Below are positions 61,712 through 64,000 of a DNA stretch of 64,000 bases, one piece after another (within the stretch, counting starts at the first letter, position 1; each line of letters starts with the position of its first letter). The notes under the pieces were generated by a model. That model had not been told where the DNA came from. It ran no database searches and was given only the letters and a program-made list of their open reading frames with translations. Both the position numbers and the translations under genes were made by a program. The DNA lies in assembly GCA_963702475.1 (NCBI GenBank), contig CAVPCT010000003.1, positions 288,001 through 352,000 on the forward strand. The letters are read 5' to 3'. The DNA comes from an uncultured Thermoleophilia bacterium (lineage in GTDB: Bacteria > Actinomycetota > Thermoleophilia > UBA2241).

Positions 61712-63421
61712 TCACAGGGTCGCGAAGATCTCGTGCGCCAGCATGCCGCCGGCGACCGTGCGCGCGGTGAAGCCGTTCTGGAGGAGGATCCGCGTGGCGT
61801 AGTAGGCGCGCTGGCCCGAGCGGCAGACGACGAGGATCTCCTTGTCGCGCGGGAGCTCGTCGAGGCGCCCGCGCAGCTCGTCCACGGGGATGTTGACAAC
61901 ACCGGGGAGCTGCTCGACGGCGAGCTCCTCGGGGTGGCGTACGTCGAGGACGAAGGCGCCGTCCAGCGCGTCCCAGTGCGCGATCGGCATGTCGCCGCGC
62001 AGCACGTTCGCGGCCACCATGCCGGCGAAGTTGGCCGGCGACTTGGCCGCGCCGAACTGCGGCGCGTAGCTGAGCTCGCACTCCTCGAGGTCGTACACGG
62101 TCGCCCCCAGCTGGATCGCCATCGCCAGGGCGTCGATGCGCTTGTCGACGCCCTCCCGGCCCACAGCCTGCGCTCCGAGCAGCGTGCCGTCGGACTTGCG
62201 GAAGAGGATCTTCATGGCGAGGAGGGTCGCGCCCGGGTAGTAGCCGGCGTGCGAGTTGGGGTACAGGTAGACCTTCTCGTAGTCCTCGTCGCCGCGGCGC
62301 TTGAGCGTCTTCTCGTTCAGGCCGGTCCAGGCGACGGCGCCGCCGAAGGCGCCGAGGATCGCGGTGCCCTGCGTGCCGCGGAAGTGAGAGTCCCGGCCGG
62401 CGATGACGTCGGCGGCGATGCGGCCCTGCCGGTTGGCCGGCCCGGCGAGCGCCACCAGGCAGTCCTCGCCGGTCAGGCAGTCCACTTTCTCGACCGCGTC
62501 GCCCACGGCGAAGATGTCGGGGTCGCTGGTGCGCTGCTGGTCGTCAACGCGGATGCCGCCGCGGGCGCCCACCTCGATGCCGGCCATCTCCGCGAGCGCC
62601 GTCTCGGGCTTCACGCCGATGCCAAGGATGACGATGTCGGCGGGGTAGACCTCATCCGGCCCGACGACGACGTCGAGCGAGCCATCGTCCGCCTGCCGGA
62701 ACGCCGACGCTCCTGCGCCCAGAACCACCTTCACGCCGTTCTTGTCGAGGTGGCGCTCAAGATACCGCGCCATCTCCGGGTCGAGCGGGCCCATGATCTG
62801 GTCGCCGCGCTGCAGCAGGGTGACCTCGAAGCCGAGGCCCACCAGGTTCTCCGCCGTCTCGATGCCGATGAACCCGCCTCCGACGACGACCGCGCGGAGC
62901 TCCCGCCGCCGCGTCTGCATGCCGGTGTAGGTGCCGAGCCCGGCCGTCCTGCCGCGCCGCTCCTCGACCCACGTGCGGATCTGGGCGGCGTCGGGGACCG
63001 TCCTCACGCCGAAGATGCCGGGCAGGTCGATGCCGGGCAGCGGCGGGCGGATGGGGGCCGCGCCGGGGGACAGCACCAGCTTGTCGTAGGGCTCCGTGCT
63101 CAACTCGCCGGTCGTCCGGTCCTTGAGCTGCGCGGTCTTGCCGCGCGCGTCGATGCCGACCACCTCGCAGTCCGTGCGTGCATCCACGTTGAACATGTCG
63201 CGGAAGGTGTCCGCTGTGGCGACGAGCAGGCTCGCCTGCTGCTCGATCACGCCGCCGATGTAGTACGGCAGGCCGCAATTGGCGTACGAGACGTAGGGTC
63301 CGCGCTCTACCATGAGGATCCGCGCGGTCTCGTCCAGGCGGCGCAGGCGCGCGGCGCACGAGGCCCCACCTGCCACGCCGCCCACGATGATGACCTTGAT
63401 GCCGTCAGCAGTCTCGTTCAT
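61712..63421 (-). CDS. CoA-disulfide reductase with C-terminal rhodanese domain (persulfide reductase-like)
   Basis: GGVAGG, SYANCGLPY, GGGFIG, FAVGD, YAPQF, VCRSGQRA. Confidence 0.9.
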   Translation of the reverse strand: MNETADGIKVIIVGGVAGGASCAARLRRLDETARILMVERGPYVSYANCGLPYYIGGVIEQQASLLVATADTFRDMFNVDARTDCEVVGIDARGKTAQLKDRTTGELSTEPYDKLVLSPGAAPIRPPLPGIDLPGIFGVRTVPDAAQIRTWVEERRGRTAGLGTYTGMQTRRRELRAVVVGGGFIGIETAENLVGLGFEVTLLQRGDQIMGPLDPEMARYLERHLDKNGVKVVLGAGASAFRQADDGSLDVVVGPDEVYPADIVILGIGVKPETALAEMAGIEVGARGGIRVDDQQRTSDPDIFAVGDAVEKVDCLTGEDCLVALAGPANRQGRIAADVIAGRDSHFRGTQGTAILGAFGGAVAWTGLNEKTLKRRGDEDYEKVYLYPNSHAGYYPGATLLAMKILFRKSDGTLLGAQAVGREGVDKRIDALAMAIQLGATVYDLEECELSYAPQFGAAKSPANFAGMVAANVLRGDMPIAHWDALDGAFVLDVRHPEELAVEQLPGVVNIPVDELRGRLDELPRDKEILVVCRSGQRAYYATRILLQNGFTARTVAGGMLAHEIFATL

Positions 63422-63480
63422 GGCTCCCGTCGCTCCCTTTCGCGAGGCGCCCCTGTGGACGCACCAGACTCTCTCAACCG

Positions 63481-63525
63481 AGGATAGTCAGCCCCCCTGT
63501 GCCTGTGACCTCGGGAAAGTACGAG
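63481..63525 (-). promoter_or_regulatory. Regulon promoter P9
   Basis: Box 63510-63525 (CTCGTACTTTCCCGAG); GTCACA, 17 bp, TATCCT. Confidence 0.75.
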
Positions 63526-63549
63526 CGGGGCGCACGAAGAAGTCCCGGG

Positions 63550-64000
63550 CTACACGTGCCCGCGCTGCCAGGCGGCGAGGGCGTGCGCCGTCGCCGCCGT
63601 CGCCAGCGTCACTTCGCGAAAGCGCCCGTAGAAGTCGTCGTACAGGGGCTTGAGCGACGGGTCGGGCACGACCTCGCGCTCCTGGCCGCCCCACCGCGTC
63701 TCCAGGTCCGCCGCGCCGCCGGCCACGGCCGCGAAGAACGCGGCGCCGACGGCCGCCCGTCCTTCGCCGGGCCCGACGTCCTGCGGTAGCCCCGTCACGT
63801 CGCGAGACGATCTGCGGCCACAGCGGGTCCGTCACGCCGCCGCCGCTACTGCGCAGGCGCCCTATCGTGGCCCCGGCCTCGGCCATGGTCTCGAGGTTGT
63901 GGCGGACGGCGTAGGCGGCCGCCTCGAGGAGCGCCCGGAACAGGTGCCCGCGGCCGTGGGCGGGGGTGAGGCCGAGGATCGCACCACGCAGGTCGGGATC
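63550..64000 (-). CDS. FGGY-family carbohydrate kinase (xylulokinase-like), 3' part, frameshifted near 63803
   Basis: RGAILGLT..HGRGHLFRALLEAAAY, SSGGG..DPLWPQIV, AAVGAAFFAA. Confidence 0.8.

Overview
A very GC-rich bacterial window, probably an anaerobic or facultative actinomycete such as Thermoleophilia (inferred from GC content and gene style only). About 20 indel frameshifts, clustered at 33-39.5 kb, suggest long-read assembly errors. I saw no rRNA, tRNA, CRISPR array or transposase. 1-16 kb holds PadR/flavodoxin genes, a TetR plus B12 radical SAM pair, a hicBA toxin-antitoxin pair, a translationally coupled purM-PfkB kinase-PurN-like-HAD operon, and a trimethylamine methyltransferase (mttB) with an in-frame TAG at the pyrrolysine position followed by an ABC-type lipoprotein. 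The hicA toxin (missing from the ORF track) also has an in-frame TAG, two codons after its catalytic His. 16-64 kb is a paralog-rich membrane/ion/polyphosphate/sulfur island (DUF2252, 2x TMEM175, 3x DUF6325-like, DUF1269, SHOCT, 2x NhaP-like, 2x SulP, P-type ATPase, ppk2, Ppx, 2x CYTH-like, arylsulfatase, DszB-like protein, rhodanese, six-heme cytochrome) around a cytoplasmic GAF-PAS-PAS kinase and a NarL-type regulator. Nine promoters in the island share one architecture: a 16-bp box CYCGTASWWTCCCGAG, a weak -35 hexamer, a 17-bp spacer (18 in one case), then TANNNT. This points to a single regulon readable directly from sequence.
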